Positions 17,715 to 27,394 of a stretch of DNA of 64,000 bases are shown here, piece after piece. The translations under genes and the position numbers were made by a program. Position 1 is the stretch's first letter. Each line of letters opens with the position of its first letter. The notes under the pieces were generated by a model. That model searched no databases, was not told the DNA's origin, and saw only the letters and a list, made by a program, of their open reading frames with translations. Source of the stretch: a virus (lineage: Duplodnaviria > Caudoviricetes); IMG/VR virus record IMGVR_UViG_2932454522_000002, positions 23,927-87,926 of that record. One strand, given 5' to 3'.

Positions 17715-18383
17715 ATGGCCGCCACCACCTGGCCGTTCGGAACGGACGCCATAGAGAACGACCCGCTGACCAAGCTCCGCATCCCCGTCGTCACCAGCTT
17801 CAAGCCGCACTGGGGCTACATCGGCGCCTACCTCGGCACCAACGCCGACCTTGGCACCAACTGGCAGCCGCCGTGGCCGTTCGCCAGCACCGAACGGCCT
17901 ACCGACGCCGAGGCCCAGCAGCTCGTCTCGTTCATCGACGAGGCCAAGAGCCGGCTGCGCGGCAGCTACGTGGCCCGCATGGAAGAGCGCCCGCTCGACG
18001 TCGACTACTGGGACTGCGGACACGTCTTCATCAAGTACGGCGAGGACGCCTGGGGTTACCGCCGAAACTCGTGGATGTACGGGCACACGTTCGTGCCGTC
18101 CCCGCCGAGCCTGCGCGGCACCGAGCACGCGCACGACAAGCACCCCGGGCCGCTGTCGCTTGAGCAGACCATGGACCTCGTCCACACCATCGGCGGCGGC
18201 GAGCCCATGCGGCACTGGCTCGACTGGAAGGCCAAGCACCCGGAGGTGTTCCCGGCCGAGGCGCCCGACGTGCTCGCCGCCGGGCACGAGCGGCTGCTCG
18301 CCAAGCTCGACAAGGTGGTCGACGTCGACGCAGGACTCGACGAGATCCTCAACCGCAAGGAAGGCAACCGCAATGGGACGTGA
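17715..18383 (+). CDS. hypothetical phage protein
   Basis: GAGGA RBS; aromatic-rich globular ORF. Confidence 0.65.
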   Translation: MAATTWPFGTDAIENDPLTKLRIPVVTSFKPHWGYIGAYLGTNADLGTNWQPPWPFASTERPTDAEAQQLVSFIDEAKSRLRGSYVARMEERPLDVDYWDCGHVFIKYGEDAWGYRRNSWMYGHTFVPSPPSLRGTEHAHDKHPGPLSLEQTMDLVHTIGGGEPMRHWLDWKAKHPEVFPAEAPDVLAAGHERLLAKLDKVVDVDAGLDEILNRKEGNRNGT

Positions 18384-19266
18384 AGTACGCCGAGTGCCGC
18401 TCGACTTCGACTGGCCGCTCAACGAGGTCTGGAAGGGCTTCCTGACGCCCGGCAGCCTCGACGAAGAGCCGTGCCCCGACTGTGATCGCGGCTACTCGCC
18501 GCGAGCGCAGAACCTGCACGACCTCTGGTACGGCAAGATCCCCTTCGATCCCGCCACCACCGGGTCAACGCCGTGGCTGCCCACAACCCCCGCCATCCGA
18601 ACTCGCGCGGAGCAGAACGTCGCAAGGGCGCCGGAGTTCTACGGCCAAGGCGAGGCGGCTATCGCCTGCGAAGCGCAGCGGCTGGCCGACCACTTCAACA
18701 GCGGCTGGATGCACCACCTTGACCAAGCTGACGTCGACGCACTGATCGCGGGCTCACGCCTGTACGAGTTCACTCACGTCGTCGTCCCGGGCAAGGGTTG
18801 GCAGCCCAAGGAGCAGCCCGTGAAGCCCACAGCCGCTGCAGTCAACGAGTGGTCGCTGAGCGGCTTCGGCCACGACGCGATCAACGCGGGCGTCGTCATC
18901 CAGGCCCGATGCGAGCGGGAGGGAATCAACGACACGTGCCCGACCTGCAAGGGGCATGCCAGCCTGGAGAAGTACGAAGGCCAGCGCGCCGAGGCCGAGG
19001 CGTGGGAGCCGACCGACCCGCCAGAGGGGGAGGGTTGGCAGCTGTGGGAGACCGTGAGCGAGGGCTCGCCCATCAGCCCCGTCTTCGCGACCGCCGACGA
19101 ACTCGCCGATTGGATGTCCGACTCTGAGCGCGGCAGCCGGTGGGTCCCGAAAGCCACCGCCGCCAAGTTCATCGACGACGGCTGGGCACCCAGCTTCGTC
19201 GCCAGCCAACAGACCGGCGTCGTCTCCGGCGTCGAATGGGTTGGCCGCCACACAGACGACCAGTGA
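18373..19266 (+). CDS. conserved phage protein with CxxC pairs
   Basis: MGREVRRVPLDFDWPLN...CPDC...CPTC...GWQLWETVSEGSPISPVF. Confidence 0.75.
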   Translation: MGREVRRVPLDFDWPLNEVWKGFLTPGSLDEEPCPDCDRGYSPRAQNLHDLWYGKIPFDPATTGSTPWLPTTPAIRTRAEQNVARAPEFYGQGEAAIACEAQRLADHFNSGWMHHLDQADVDALIAGSRLYEFTHVVVPGKGWQPKEQPVKPTAAAVNEWSLSGFGHDAINAGVVIQARCEREGINDTCPTCKGHASLEKYEGQRAEAEAWEPTDPPEGEGWQLWETVSEGSPISPVFATADELADWMSDSERGSRWVPKATAAKFIDDGWAPSFVASQQTGVVSGVEWVGRHTDDQ

Positions 19267-19280
19267 CCGCCCCCGCGCCG

Positions 19281-19310
19281 AGCCCCAGACCCGCCGACCG
19301 GGCTGGGGCT
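19281..19310 (+). terminator. hairpin terminator
   Basis: AGCCCCAG...CTGGGGCT after the 19266 stop. Confidence 0.45.
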
Positions 19311-19407
19311 CACGTGCGTCACTGGGCCAATGGCCCACAATGTCAACCCCGTGTAGCACAATTGGCTGAGTGTGATCCTGCTTCCCGCACCACCCGAGGA
19401 GCCGACC

Positions 19408-20118
19408 GTGCACAACCACCCCACCGACCTCGACGAGTATTCGTGGCCCATATGCGTGACGCCTGGCTGCGGACGACAGCTTTGGGTCAACGAGGCCGGC
19501 CGGTGGGCTTGCCGGCCCTGCGAGGACGTGACAGCGAAGCGACTGGCTGAACTCCCGGCCCTGTTCCGGCAGCTGGACACGACGGCGGCTCTGATGCGTG
19601 GCGCGTCGAAGGGTGGTGCGGGCGGCGGGACGAAGACGCCGCCGATCCCGCCCCGACTCGAAGTCCTCGCGCTCGTCGGACCTGGCGGCGTCGCGGCCCG
19701 GCTGTCGGCGATCGAGGACTCGTGGCGGCAGGCGCTCGGCTGGACCGTCGCACCCTGGCGCGGCTCCCCGGCCCAAGCCGTCCCGAAGCACGTCGAGTTC
19801 CTGGTCAACAACCTGCTGTGGGCGTGCGAACGGTACGAGTCCGTCGGGCAGGACATCGCCGAACTTCGGCGCCTCCACAACGAATGCCATGCCCTCGCCA
19901 CCGGCAAGCAGCGCCACGGCCGCGTACCCACCGGACTCTGCCCCACGCCCGTCGATGACGGATGGTGCGGCACCCAGTTGACCGCGACCGCCGACAGTCA
20001 CCGCATCCGGTGCGGGGAGTGCGGGGCGCGGTGGGAGACGCTGGGGGAATGGCGGACACTCCGGGCCGCGCAGGAAGCCGTGAGCGTGCAGCAGGCCGAG
20101 GAGTTGGAGGCGGCATGA
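19408..20118 (+). CDS. Zn-finger phage protein (possible late regulator)
   Basis: N- and C-terminal Cys pairs (CVTPGC, CRPC, CP..CG, CGECG); GAGGAG RBS. Confidence 0.7.
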   Translation: MHNHPTDLDEYSWPICVTPGCGRQLWVNEAGRWACRPCEDVTAKRLAELPALFRQLDTTAALMRGASKGGAGGGTKTPPIPPRLEVLALVGPGGVAARLSAIEDSWRQALGWTVAPWRGSPAQAVPKHVEFLVNNLLWACERYESVGQDIAELRRLHNECHALATGKQRHGRVPTGLCPTPVDDGWCGTQLTATADSHRIRCGECGARWETLGEWRTLRAAQEAVSVQQAEELEAA

Positions 20119-20372
20119 ACCTTGACGATCCGCTCGACCAGTCGCGCCCATCGTGGAAGCTGCACAACAAGCTGACCACCCTTGGCGTGTCCGTCGACGA
20201 GGCGGCGGAACTGATGGGCGGCTACGCCCACGAACTGGCGGAGCGACAGCGCGAGGCCATCGGCGACTTCGAACTCGACGACCATTGGGCGGTGTTCTAT
20301 CGAGCGTCCGACGTCGAGGAACTGCCCGACCTCATCGACCCGAAGCCCGGGAACGAGGAGCCGACCCCGTGA
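20115..20372 (+). CDS. hypothetical phage protein
   Basis: ATGA overlap; YAHELAERQR...DLIDP. Confidence 0.65.
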   Translation: MNLDDPLDQSRPSWKLHNKLTTLGVSVDEAAELMGGYAHELAERQREAIGDFELDDHWAVFYRASDVEELPDLIDPKPGNEEPTP

Positions 20373-20770
20373 GCAACATCGCCGACTTCCTGCGGGAGCG
20401 CTACAAGGAACGCCGCGCGCTTGCGGAGGCCGCGAGCCCCGGCCCGTGGCGCGCCGACGCTGACGGCTACGAAGTCCTTGCCGTGGACGGCATCACCGTC
20501 GCCGACGGGTTCGCGCTCAGTGATCGGCAGCTGCGGGCCACCGTCGCCCACATCGCCGCCAACGACCCGGCCGACGTCATCGCCGACTGCGACGCCAAGC
20601 TGCGCATCCTTGACGAGATCGTCCCGGAGATCGACGCCATGGAGGACCGGATCGACGGCGAGTGGGGTGCCGGAGATCCTGGCGAGCGTGAGTCCGTGGC
20701 CCTGCTTCGCCTGCTTGCTCAGCCCTTCGCCGCGCACCCCGATCACAAGGGCGAGGAGTGGGCGCCGTGA
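20369..20770 (+). CDS. DUF6221-like protein with Ead-like insert
   Basis: IADFLRER...ASPGPW...HIAANDPADVIADCDAKLRIL...LAQPFAAHPDHKGEEWAP. Confidence 0.75.
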   Translation: MSNIADFLRERYKERRALAEAASPGPWRADADGYEVLAVDGITVADGFALSDRQLRATVAHIAANDPADVIADCDAKLRILDEIVPEIDAMEDRIDGEWGAGDPGERESVALLRLLAQPFAAHPDHKGEEWAP

Positions 20771-21012
20771 CTGCCCCGCCGTGGGGGCACAAGCCGCCTC
20801 CCGTCGACGAGGTCACCGACTATTGGATCGAGATGCCACCCGCTCTGTCGCCCCGCTGCACCTACTGGATCTCCCGGCATCACGCGGGGACTTGGCGGTC
20901 CAACCGGCGGCTGCGCATGGAGGGCTACCACACAGCCTCCGAATATCTCGGCGTGTGGATCTGGGAGTACCTCCACATGATCTGGCCGCTCATCGATGAG
21001 GAGGGCGAGTGA
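20767..21012 (+). CDS. hypothetical protein
   Basis: GTGA overlaps at both ends. Confidence 0.55.
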   Translation: MTAPPWGHKPPPVDEVTDYWIEMPPALSPRCTYWISRHHAGTWRSNRRLRMEGYHTASEYLGVWIWEYLHMIWPLIDEEGE

Positions 21013-21314
21013 CGCAGCAGGTCGTCAATCAGGGGCTGTTCAGGCTCTACTCCGCCTTCTGGTTCGTGGCAGCCGCCAGCGTGGTCGGTGTTGCCTGGGC
21101 GGCGACCGAGGCGTCCGGCTCCGTCGTCGCCATCTACGCGGCTATCGGGTTCGGGCTGTGGCTTCTCGACATGATGCTGACTAAGGGTGGGCCGCGAGGC
21201 CACGCCCTCTCGCACGCGATGCTCGTCGCGGCCTCCGCTGCCGTGTGGCCGCTGACGATCGTGGCGCTGGCCGCCTGGGGCGGGGTCACCGTTGTGCGCG
21301 AAGTGCGCCTGTAG
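21009..21314 (+). CDS. membrane protein
   Basis: Three hydrophobic segments; GTGA overlap. Confidence 0.6.
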   Translation: MTQQVVNQGLFRLYSAFWFVAAASVVGVAWAATEASGSVVAIYAAIGFGLWLLDMMLTKGGPRGHALSHAMLVAASAAVWPLTIVALAAWGGVTVVREVRL

Positions 21315-21335
21315 AAGCGTCCGTTACAGAAATGG

Positions 21336-21364
21336 TTGCCCTCTGAGCTGGGCGAGCGTATTGT
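21336..21364 (+). promoter_or_regulatory. sigma70-type promoter TTGCCC-17-TATTGT
   Basis: Near-consensus boxes with 17-bp spacing, in the intergenic gap before the 21441 gene. Confidence 0.5.
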
Positions 21365-21440
21365 GACCTCAAGATTGGATCTTTGCGACTTGAGGGGCTG
21401 CCGAGAAGGCGGCCCCTTTCGCGTATCCGGGGGTGATCGA

Positions 21441-21686
21441 ATGCCCGGACTGCTCATCCCCGTAGACCTCGCAGCACACGTCGCCGGACGCCCCGAAGCG
21501 ACCATCCGACGCTGGGCAGCAGAAGGCCGCCTCACCCGGCACCAAGACCCGGGTCGGCGTAAGAACGGGGTCCTGTACGACATGGACGAGATCCCCGAAG
21601 CAACCCGGGACCGGGACACGCTCGAACTCATCGAGCCCGCCCCCACCCCGCCGATCCTCGACGAACCGGCCTTACTGGCCGCCTAA
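21441..21686 (+). CDS. HTH DNA-binding protein
   Basis: LAAHVAGRPEATIRRWAAEGRL...VLYD; GGGGGTG RBS; in-frame TTA codon at 21672. Confidence 0.75.
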   Translation: MPGLLIPVDLAAHVAGRPEATIRRWAAEGRLTRHQDPGRRKNGVLYDMDEIPEATRDRDTLELIEPAPTPPILDEPALLAA

Positions 21687-21970
21687 GCCCCTGCGCACTT
21701 GGTGGTCGCGCAGGTCGGGTCTTGCAGCGCCACGCGCTCGGCCCACCCCGCCTGTACCTGCTCCGTGGGGGAGCAGGCACAGGCATCGGGCGGTCGCTCA
21801 TCCGCCCCGTCCCGCCGCCGCCAGCCCCCCAGGTACCGGCGGCGGGACACCCCCAACACTTCGCCGCCTGGCGATGCGATCGAAGAGGTCGTCCCGCAGC
21901 TCGCTGGGTCGCGGTGTGCTAGCAGCGTCCAGGCGGCGGACCCAACTACGGCCTCCCGAGAGGGCACGCG

Positions 21971-22408
21971 ATGAACCTCGTCTTCAATGTCGCCCTCGGG
22001 CGCCTCGCACAGTACGCAGACCTTCCGGCCGCAGCGGACTCGCTGATCCTTGTTCCGTTCGCGGCAGCCGGCCTGCCGACGGACGCGACGATGCGGGACT
22101 ACGCCACCCTCGCCGCGGTCAAGGGCGGGGCGACGGAGCAGACGGCGCTCGGCCGCAAGACGCTGGCCAACGTGACGGTGACCGTCGACAACACGAACGA
22201 CAGGGTTGCGATCGACTGCGACGACGTCGCGTGGACGGCGACGTCCGGCGCGGCGATCGGTGCGGTCGTCATCTGCTACAAGCCGGACACGGCCTCGGCG
22301 GACAGTGCGATCATTCCGCTGACCAAGCACGACGTGGCGATGACCCCTGACGGAACCAACTTCACGCTGACCGTGACGGACTTCGCGCGGGCCAGCTCCG
22401 CCGCCTAG
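21971..22408 (+). CDS. putative virion structural protein
   Basis: Thr/Ala/Asp-rich beta-strand composition; first gene of a coupled cassette. Confidence 0.6.
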   Translation: MNLVFNVALGRLAQYADLPAAADSLILVPFAAAGLPTDATMRDYATLAAVKGGATEQTALGRKTLANVTVTVDNTNDRVAIDCDDVAWTATSGAAIGAVVICYKPDTASADSAIIPLTKHDVAMTPDGTNFTLTVTDFARASSAA

Positions 22409-23514
22409 TGGCCACCTTCGCGGACGACTTCAACCGAGCCGACTCGACCGACCTCGGCGCCAACTGGGTTGAGGTCAGCGGCGACTGGTCGATCGTCTCG
22501 AACCGGCTCTCCCCGGGCGCGGCAGGCGGAACGATCATCCTGCGTGCCGCGGGAGCGATGGCCAGCAGCGACAACTACGCGCAGGTCACCATCGTCTCGA
22601 CGACCACCGCCTCCCAAGGCGTCTGGTGCCGCGGTAACGCGAACATCAGCTCCGGCTACCTGTGGCGCAACAACGGCAGCAGCTGGGACCTGTTCGCGGT
22701 GGTCGGCGGCTCGTTCACCGTGATCGGCACCTACACCGCCGCAGCCGCACCCGGAGACATCGCCAAAGTCCAGGCGGTTGGCAGCGCCATCACCGCCTAC
22801 GTCAACGGAACCCCGCGCGTCTCCGTCGCCAACACCAGCGTTACAACAGGCGTCAACGTCGGCATCCGAGCCGACTCGGCCTCGGCTCTGCGGTTCGACG
22901 ACTTCGCCGCCGGCGACGTGACCACGGGCACGGGCCTCACGCTCACGCCCGCAGGTGCCACAGAGGCCGCTCAGCCGCTCGGCGGGGCCAAGACGGCAGT
23001 CCTCGGGCCTGCCGCCGTTGTACAGGCAGCACAGCCCGTCATCGGCGCCAAGACCGGCACCCTAACCGCAGCCACCGCGTCGGAGACGGCACAGGCGCTC
23101 ACCGGCGCCAAGATGCTCACGCTCGACAGCCCGGCAGCCGTCGAGGCGGCGCAGGCATTGTCTGGCAGCAAGGTGGCCATGCTCGGCCCCGCGGTCGAGA
23201 CCGTGACCGTGCAGGCCTTCGCCGGCGGTAAGGCGGCACTGCTGCCCACCGCGACGGAAGACGAGACCGGCCTACCACTCGGCATTGCGGTGGCCCGAAT
23301 CCTCACCGCTGCTACGGCTGTTGAGACGGCGCGGTCGCTGGCAGGCGGCAAGAGGGCCACGCTTGGACCGGCCGTAGAGACCAGCCTCGCGCGACCGCTC
23401 GTAACCGCGGGCCCCGACGTGGACATCGACGTGACCGTCGGCCCGCCAACAGGCTCGCCCTGCACGGTAGGCGCACCACGGCCAGGCGACTGGAGGGTGG
23501 GCGCACCATGCTGA
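22408..23514 (+). CDS. fibre-like protein: lectin-like beta domain plus ~20-aa repeats
   Basis: N-terminal FADDFNRADS..LGANW beta-sandwich, then about eight TLxxAxxxEAAQxLxGAK repeats. Confidence 0.65.
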   Translation: MATFADDFNRADSTDLGANWVEVSGDWSIVSNRLSPGAAGGTIILRAAGAMASSDNYAQVTIVSTTTASQGVWCRGNANISSGYLWRNNGSSWDLFAVVGGSFTVIGTYTAAAAPGDIAKVQAVGSAITAYVNGTPRVSVANTSVTTGVNVGIRADSASALRFDDFAAGDVTTGTGLTLTPAGATEAAQPLGGAKTAVLGPAAVVQAAQPVIGAKTGTLTAATASETAQALTGAKMLTLDSPAAVEAAQALSGSKVAMLGPAVETVTVQAFAGGKAALLPTATEDETGLPLGIAVARILTAATAVETARSLAGGKRATLGPAVETSLARPLVTAGPDVDIDVTVGPPTGSPCTVGAPRPGDWRVGAPC

Positions 23515-23795
23515 TCCCCGCCAGCAGCACCGAGTACCTGCACGTTCCCGTCACCGTGCCCGGCGTTGACCTCGCCGGCAGCCCAGTGCGGATCGCTGTC
23601 GTCGACCATGGCAACAACCCGGCCGCAGGCGAATGGCAGACCGCAGAGTGGGGCGGCAGCGACGCCCGAATCCTGATCGGCCCCGACGGCGGCACGCTCA
23701 CCCTCGCCCCCGGCAGTTACCGCGTCTGGGTCACGTTCGATCCGCCCGGCGCCGAAAACATCGTCCGCCTGTCCGGCACCCTCACCATCCGCTGA
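23508..23795 (+). CDS. small Ig/BppU-like structural protein
   Basis: STEYLHVPV...ARILIGP...GSYRVWV...SGTLTIR. Confidence 0.6.
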   Translation: MLIPASSTEYLHVPVTVPGVDLAGSPVRIAVVDHGNNPAAGEWQTAEWGGSDARILIGPDGGTLTLAPGSYRVWVTFDPPGAENIVRLSGTLTIR

Positions 23796-23812
23796 CCAGC
23801 GAGGAGACCGCC

Positions 23813-24352
23813 ATGCCCACCAGCGACGCCGAGGGCAAGGACTGGTCCCTCGAACGGTTCCGCTACCACCTGCCCAACACGGTCACCGACGTCGGGCCCG
23901 GTGAGGGCACCTACGCGCACCTCTTCCGCCCGGTGCACAAGGGCGTGTGGTGGACGGCAATCGAGATCCACAAGCCCTACGTCGCCAAGTACAAGCTCAA
24001 GTCGACCAAGACCAGGGCCATGTACGACGAGATCCACGTCGAGGACGTCCGGCAGAGCGAAGACCACCTCCTCTTCCGGGACCTCGTGCTGTACGGCGAT
24101 GTCCTGGAACACATGCCGCGCGAGGACGCCGTCACTCTCCTGGAGCGCACGGTCGCTGCCGGGGCCTGGAACATCCTCGTCTCCGTCCCCATCGTCGAGA
24201 GCATCCAGGGCGAGGTCGACGGCAACCCTGCCGAAGAGCACGTCCACCAGTGGGACGCCGACGACATGGACGCCGTCATGGCGGGGCTCGGCGGCAAGGT
24301 CGAGTCGATGCGTGGATCAACGCTCGGGTGTTGGTGGTGGACACGGACGTGA
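23813..24352 (+). CDS. class I SAM-dependent methyltransferase
   Basis: DVGPGEG motif I, AIEIH, DLVLYGDVLEHM. Confidence 0.8.
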   Translation: MPTSDAEGKDWSLERFRYHLPNTVTDVGPGEGTYAHLFRPVHKGVWWTAIEIHKPYVAKYKLKSTKTRAMYDEIHVEDVRQSEDHLLFRDLVLYGDVLEHMPREDAVTLLERTVAAGAWNILVSVPIVESIQGEVDGNPAEEHVHQWDADDMDAVMAGLGGKVESMRGSTLGCWWWTRT

Positions 24353-24573
24353 GCGGCTACGAGAACGGCGGCCACCTCGAACCCGGCCGCTTCCTCGCCT
24401 TCGAGGTCTCCGGATTCGGTCACGCGCCCGACCCGGACGACGCGCTCACCTACGGCCGAGTGCTCGCCGAGCGCGGCGGTATGGCCATCACTGAAGGTGC
24501 CCGGCCGCGTATCACGCAGCGCGCCGACGGATCCGACAACTACCGCGTCGAGATTCCTGCCCACCACACCTGA
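24349..24573 (+). CDS. hypothetical protein
   Basis: GTGA overlap. Confidence 0.5.
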   Translation: MSGYENGGHLEPGRFLAFEVSGFGHAPDPDDALTYGRVLAERGGMAITEGARPRITQRADGSDNYRVEIPAHHT

Positions 24574-24593
24574 CCCCACGGAAGGCCCGCGCC

Positions 24594-24749
24594 GTGCCTG
24601 AACCGGAAGACCCCATCACGCAGCTCGCCGAAGCAGCCGTCCAGCTGCACGAGCTGTACGCCTCCTACGTCGAAGCCGGATTCACCGAGCAACAGGCCTT
24701 CGACCTCGTCAAGACCATCCTCGTCGCCGGAGCAGGCGGCCGCGCCTGA
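24594..24749 (+). CDS. small phage protein
   Basis: LHELYASYVEAGFTEQQAFDLV; below the ORF-track cutoff. Confidence 0.6.
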   Translation: MPEPEDPITQLAEAAVQLHELYASYVEAGFTEQQAFDLVKTILVAGAGGRA

Positions 24750-24767
24750 ACCGTAGGAGCCCGCGCC

Positions 24768-25310
24768 ATGGACCTCCATGCCTGGATCACCGAACGAGTC
24801 GACGCCGTCGAACGAGCCGAGCCGCTACACCAGCCGAACTGCGACAGTGTTCCGCACGTGACGTCCTGCTGCGGTGCCGACGACTGCGACTGCTTCGACA
24901 CCTTCCCGTGCGACTGCGACCTGCCCGCCGCCGTACTCCGCCGCTGCGAGGCGGACCGGCGGATCCTCGCCCGGCATCGGCTCGACCCGGCGTCGGCCAA
25001 CAGTTGGTTGTTCGCGACAGCCTGCGAAGGCTGCGGGTACGAAGGCGAGATGGGCGACCCCGTCACCGAGAACCTCAACGACTGCCCCGAACTCCTCGAC
25101 CTCGGCTACGCGCACGGGCTGACGGACGAGATCCTCGCCGGACTCGACCGCCCACAGCCGCCCGAACCCGCACGGCCACGGACGAACGCGCCACCACTTC
25201 TCGGATCAGCCAGCCAGGTGTGGCGCGACGCGCTCCTTGGCAGCGCCACCCCGCCCATCACCACCAGCGACGTACCCGAGGCCCTACGCGGGCCCCGCTG
25301 GAAGCCGTAA
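24768..25310 (+). CDS. DUF6221-like Cys-rich protein
   Basis: LHAWITER...AVLRRCEADRRILARH...CPELLDLGYAHG; TAGGAG RBS. Confidence 0.65.
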   Translation: MDLHAWITERVDAVERAEPLHQPNCDSVPHVTSCCGADDCDCFDTFPCDCDLPAAVLRRCEADRRILARHRLDPASANSWLFATACEGCGYEGEMGDPVTENLNDCPELLDLGYAHGLTDEILAGLDRPQPPEPARPRTNAPPLLGSASQVWRDALLGSATPPITTSDVPEALRGPRWKP

Positions 25311-25333
25311 CCCCACACCCAGGAGCCCGCGCC

Positions 25334-25513
25334 ATGGCACGCTATGAGATCAACTACCTGACCGGCGACACCGAGTACATCACCGCCGCCAACCTCGAAT
25401 CATCCGGCAGCCAGTACATCGCCTGGGTCGGAGACGGCTCCGTGGCCGCCTACATCCCGGCAGCCAACGTCCGCAGCATCGTCCGCCAGGACGAAGAGGC
25501 AGGCGACGCCTGA
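25334..25513 (+). CDS. small beta-rich protein
   Basis: AGGAG RBS; AYIPAANVRSI motif. Confidence 0.6.
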   Translation: MARYEINYLTGDTEYITAANLESSGSQYIAWVGDGSVAAYIPAANVRSIVRQDEEAGDA

Positions 25514-26058
25514 TGGCCCGCCTGCAGATCCTCGAACTCCCCGAAGGCGCCAGCGACCAGCGGGCGCCGTTCGTCCTCGTCGTCGACGAGTACGAGCCCC
25601 AGCAATACATCGCCGGACCTGGCCTCGAACCGCAGGAAGTGAACCTCTTCGAGGGTGTCGCCGAGCAGATCGGCGCACGAGGGGTCCTCGTCTTCCAGGA
25701 GACCATCGAGATCCCCGCCAACGACGTCCCGGTCGACCCCGACGGCTACCCACTCAAGGTGCGCGTCGAAGGCGACTTCGAGCAGTTCCGCGAGCAAGTG
25801 CAAGGCGAGATCCACATGGCGCAAGGCGACCTCGCACGCGCGCTCAGCGACAAGCAGCAACCTGCCGCAGAAGACGGATGGACCGGACGACCCACTCACC
25901 CGGACGGAACTCCATACAGCTACAGCGAGATCACCGCAGGCGGCTGGGAGCCCTGCGACGGATGCCGCACCTGGGGTCGGTGGACCATCGAGAATCCGCA
26001 CGACTGCCCCGGCACGTACATCAAGGGCCCGGCCGCCCCGCCCGCAGCTGATGCCTGA
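25513..26058 (+). CDS. hypothetical phage protein
   Basis: TGATG coupling; MARLQILELP...PFVLVVDE. Confidence 0.65.
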   Translation: MARLQILELPEGASDQRAPFVLVVDEYEPQQYIAGPGLEPQEVNLFEGVAEQIGARGVLVFQETIEIPANDVPVDPDGYPLKVRVEGDFEQFREQVQGEIHMAQGDLARALSDKQQPAAEDGWTGRPTHPDGTPYSYSEITAGGWEPCDGCRTWGRWTIENPHDCPGTYIKGPAAPPAADA

Positions 26059-26254
26059 CGTCACCATCAAGGTCGGCGACGGCATCCGCGAGGTCACCGT
26101 CGAGATCACAGGCGGAGAGGCTGGCGCACTCGCCGATGCTGAAGACACGGCCGTGCGGCTGCTCGGTGTCGTCGCCAGCAGCACGTCGGACCGGCGGGCA
26201 GGGTTCACCAACTGGGCACTCAGCAGCGACGTCGAACGCAGCCCCGAGGAGTAG
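26051..26254 (+). CDS. hypothetical protein
   Basis: Overlaps the upstream stop; MPDVTIKVGDG. Confidence 0.55.
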   Translation: MPDVTIKVGDGIREVTVEITGGEAGALADAEDTAVRLLGVVASSTSDRRAGFTNWALSSDVERSPEE

Positions 26255-26326
26255 GGCAACTCGTGTTCCAGTGGGACGAGTTGACCTACGAGGAGCGAGT
26301 TGAGCAGGTAAAATGGACATCGAAAA

Positions 26327-26386
26327 CCCCGGCGAGTGCTGGTAACACTCCCGGGGCCGTGGACGACCTGGTGAAAGCAGGCCGAC
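26327..26386 (+). promoter_or_regulatory. structured 5' leader motif, copy A
   Basis: Two hairpins abutting the start codon; homologous to 29704-29762 with compensatory changes. Confidence 0.6.
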
Positions 26387-27082
26387 GTGAAGAGCATAGT
26401 CGTGCGCACATGCCCTGTGTGTAGCGAGTCCTTCGAGATCCCCCCGGGCCGAAGGCGCCCTGCCACGTACTGTGGATCAAGTTGCAAGAGTAAGGCCCGG
26501 CGGCTCCGCATTGAGGAGCAGCGAGGCACCTTCCCGCCGTGCGAGCTTGAAGACTGCGAACGATCTCGTCGAACCGCGAGCGCTCGCTGGTGCGAGGCGC
26601 ACTACATTCGCTGGTACCGGCACGGTGATCCTCGCGCAAGGGCGAGCACTGCGCGGGAACCCAACGGGACGTGCTTCCACTGTGGCCAGCCCGCCCCCGC
26701 ACGCAAGATCTTCTGCACGCCCCTGTGCTCGACCCGCGACCGCATCGGGGCAGACTTCGAACTTCGATCTTGCCCCGTCTGCGATGAGACGGTGCGGTTC
26801 ACGCACCGCCCCGATCGCGTCTACTGCACTCAGAAGTGTGCTGATACAGCTTCTCGGGCTCGACAGTACGGACTGACCATCCAGCAGTACCGAGAGATGC
26901 GCGACAGGCAAGCAGGCGCCTGTGCAATATGTGGGCGATCCGCCAAGACCCTGCATATCGATCACTGTCACTCCACCGGTCGTGTGCGTGGGCTCCTGTG
27001 CCCGATGTGCAACCACGGCCTCGGGCAGTTCCAAGACGACGTGCAACGCATGAAGCTGGCCATCGCGTACCTGCAGCAGTAG
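26387..27082 (+). CDS. endonuclease VII-type HNH nuclease with N-terminal Zn-finger repeats
   Basis: YGLTIQQY...CAICG...LHIDHCHSTGRVRGLLCPMCNHGLGQF.DD. Confidence 0.9.
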   Translation: MKSIVVRTCPVCSESFEIPPGRRRPATYCGSSCKSKARRLRIEEQRGTFPPCELEDCERSRRTASARWCEAHYIRWYRHGDPRARASTAREPNGTCFHCGQPAPARKIFCTPLCSTRDRIGADFELRSCPVCDETVRFTHRPDRVYCTQKCADTASRARQYGLTIQQYREMRDRQAGACAICGRSAKTLHIDHCHSTGRVRGLLCPMCNHGLGQFQDDVQRMKLAIAYLQQ

Positions 27083-27096
27083 CGAAGGGAGAAGTC

Positions 27097-27390
27097 GTGA
27101 GCGGAGGATGGGCAGGTTCCAATCGCCGCTCGCGACTTCCCGGGAACTGGCAGAAGATACGGGCGCGGGTGCTTGCGCGGGATGTGACCTGCGTACTTTG
27201 TGGAGTGCGCCCGGCGACTCACTGCGATCACATCAAGCCCAAGACCGATGATGATCGTCCCTCCGAGTTGCAGGGCGTGTGCGCTATCTGCCATGGACTG
27301 AAAAGCAGCGCGGAAGGGAACGCCGCCCAGCGCGCCAACCCGAAGCCCGGGCGACAGAGGCCGCAGGAACCGCATCCTGGGATGAGGTGA
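27097..27390 (+). CDS. HNH endonuclease (terminase-helper type)
   Basis: WQKIRARVLARD..CVLC..ATHCDHI..LQGVCAICHGLKS..E..EPHPG. Confidence 0.85.
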   Translation: MSGGWAGSNRRSRLPGNWQKIRARVLARDVTCVLCGVRPATHCDHIKPKTDDDRPSELQGVCAICHGLKSSAEGNAAQRANPKPGRQRPQEPHPGMR

Positions 27391-27394
27391 GACC

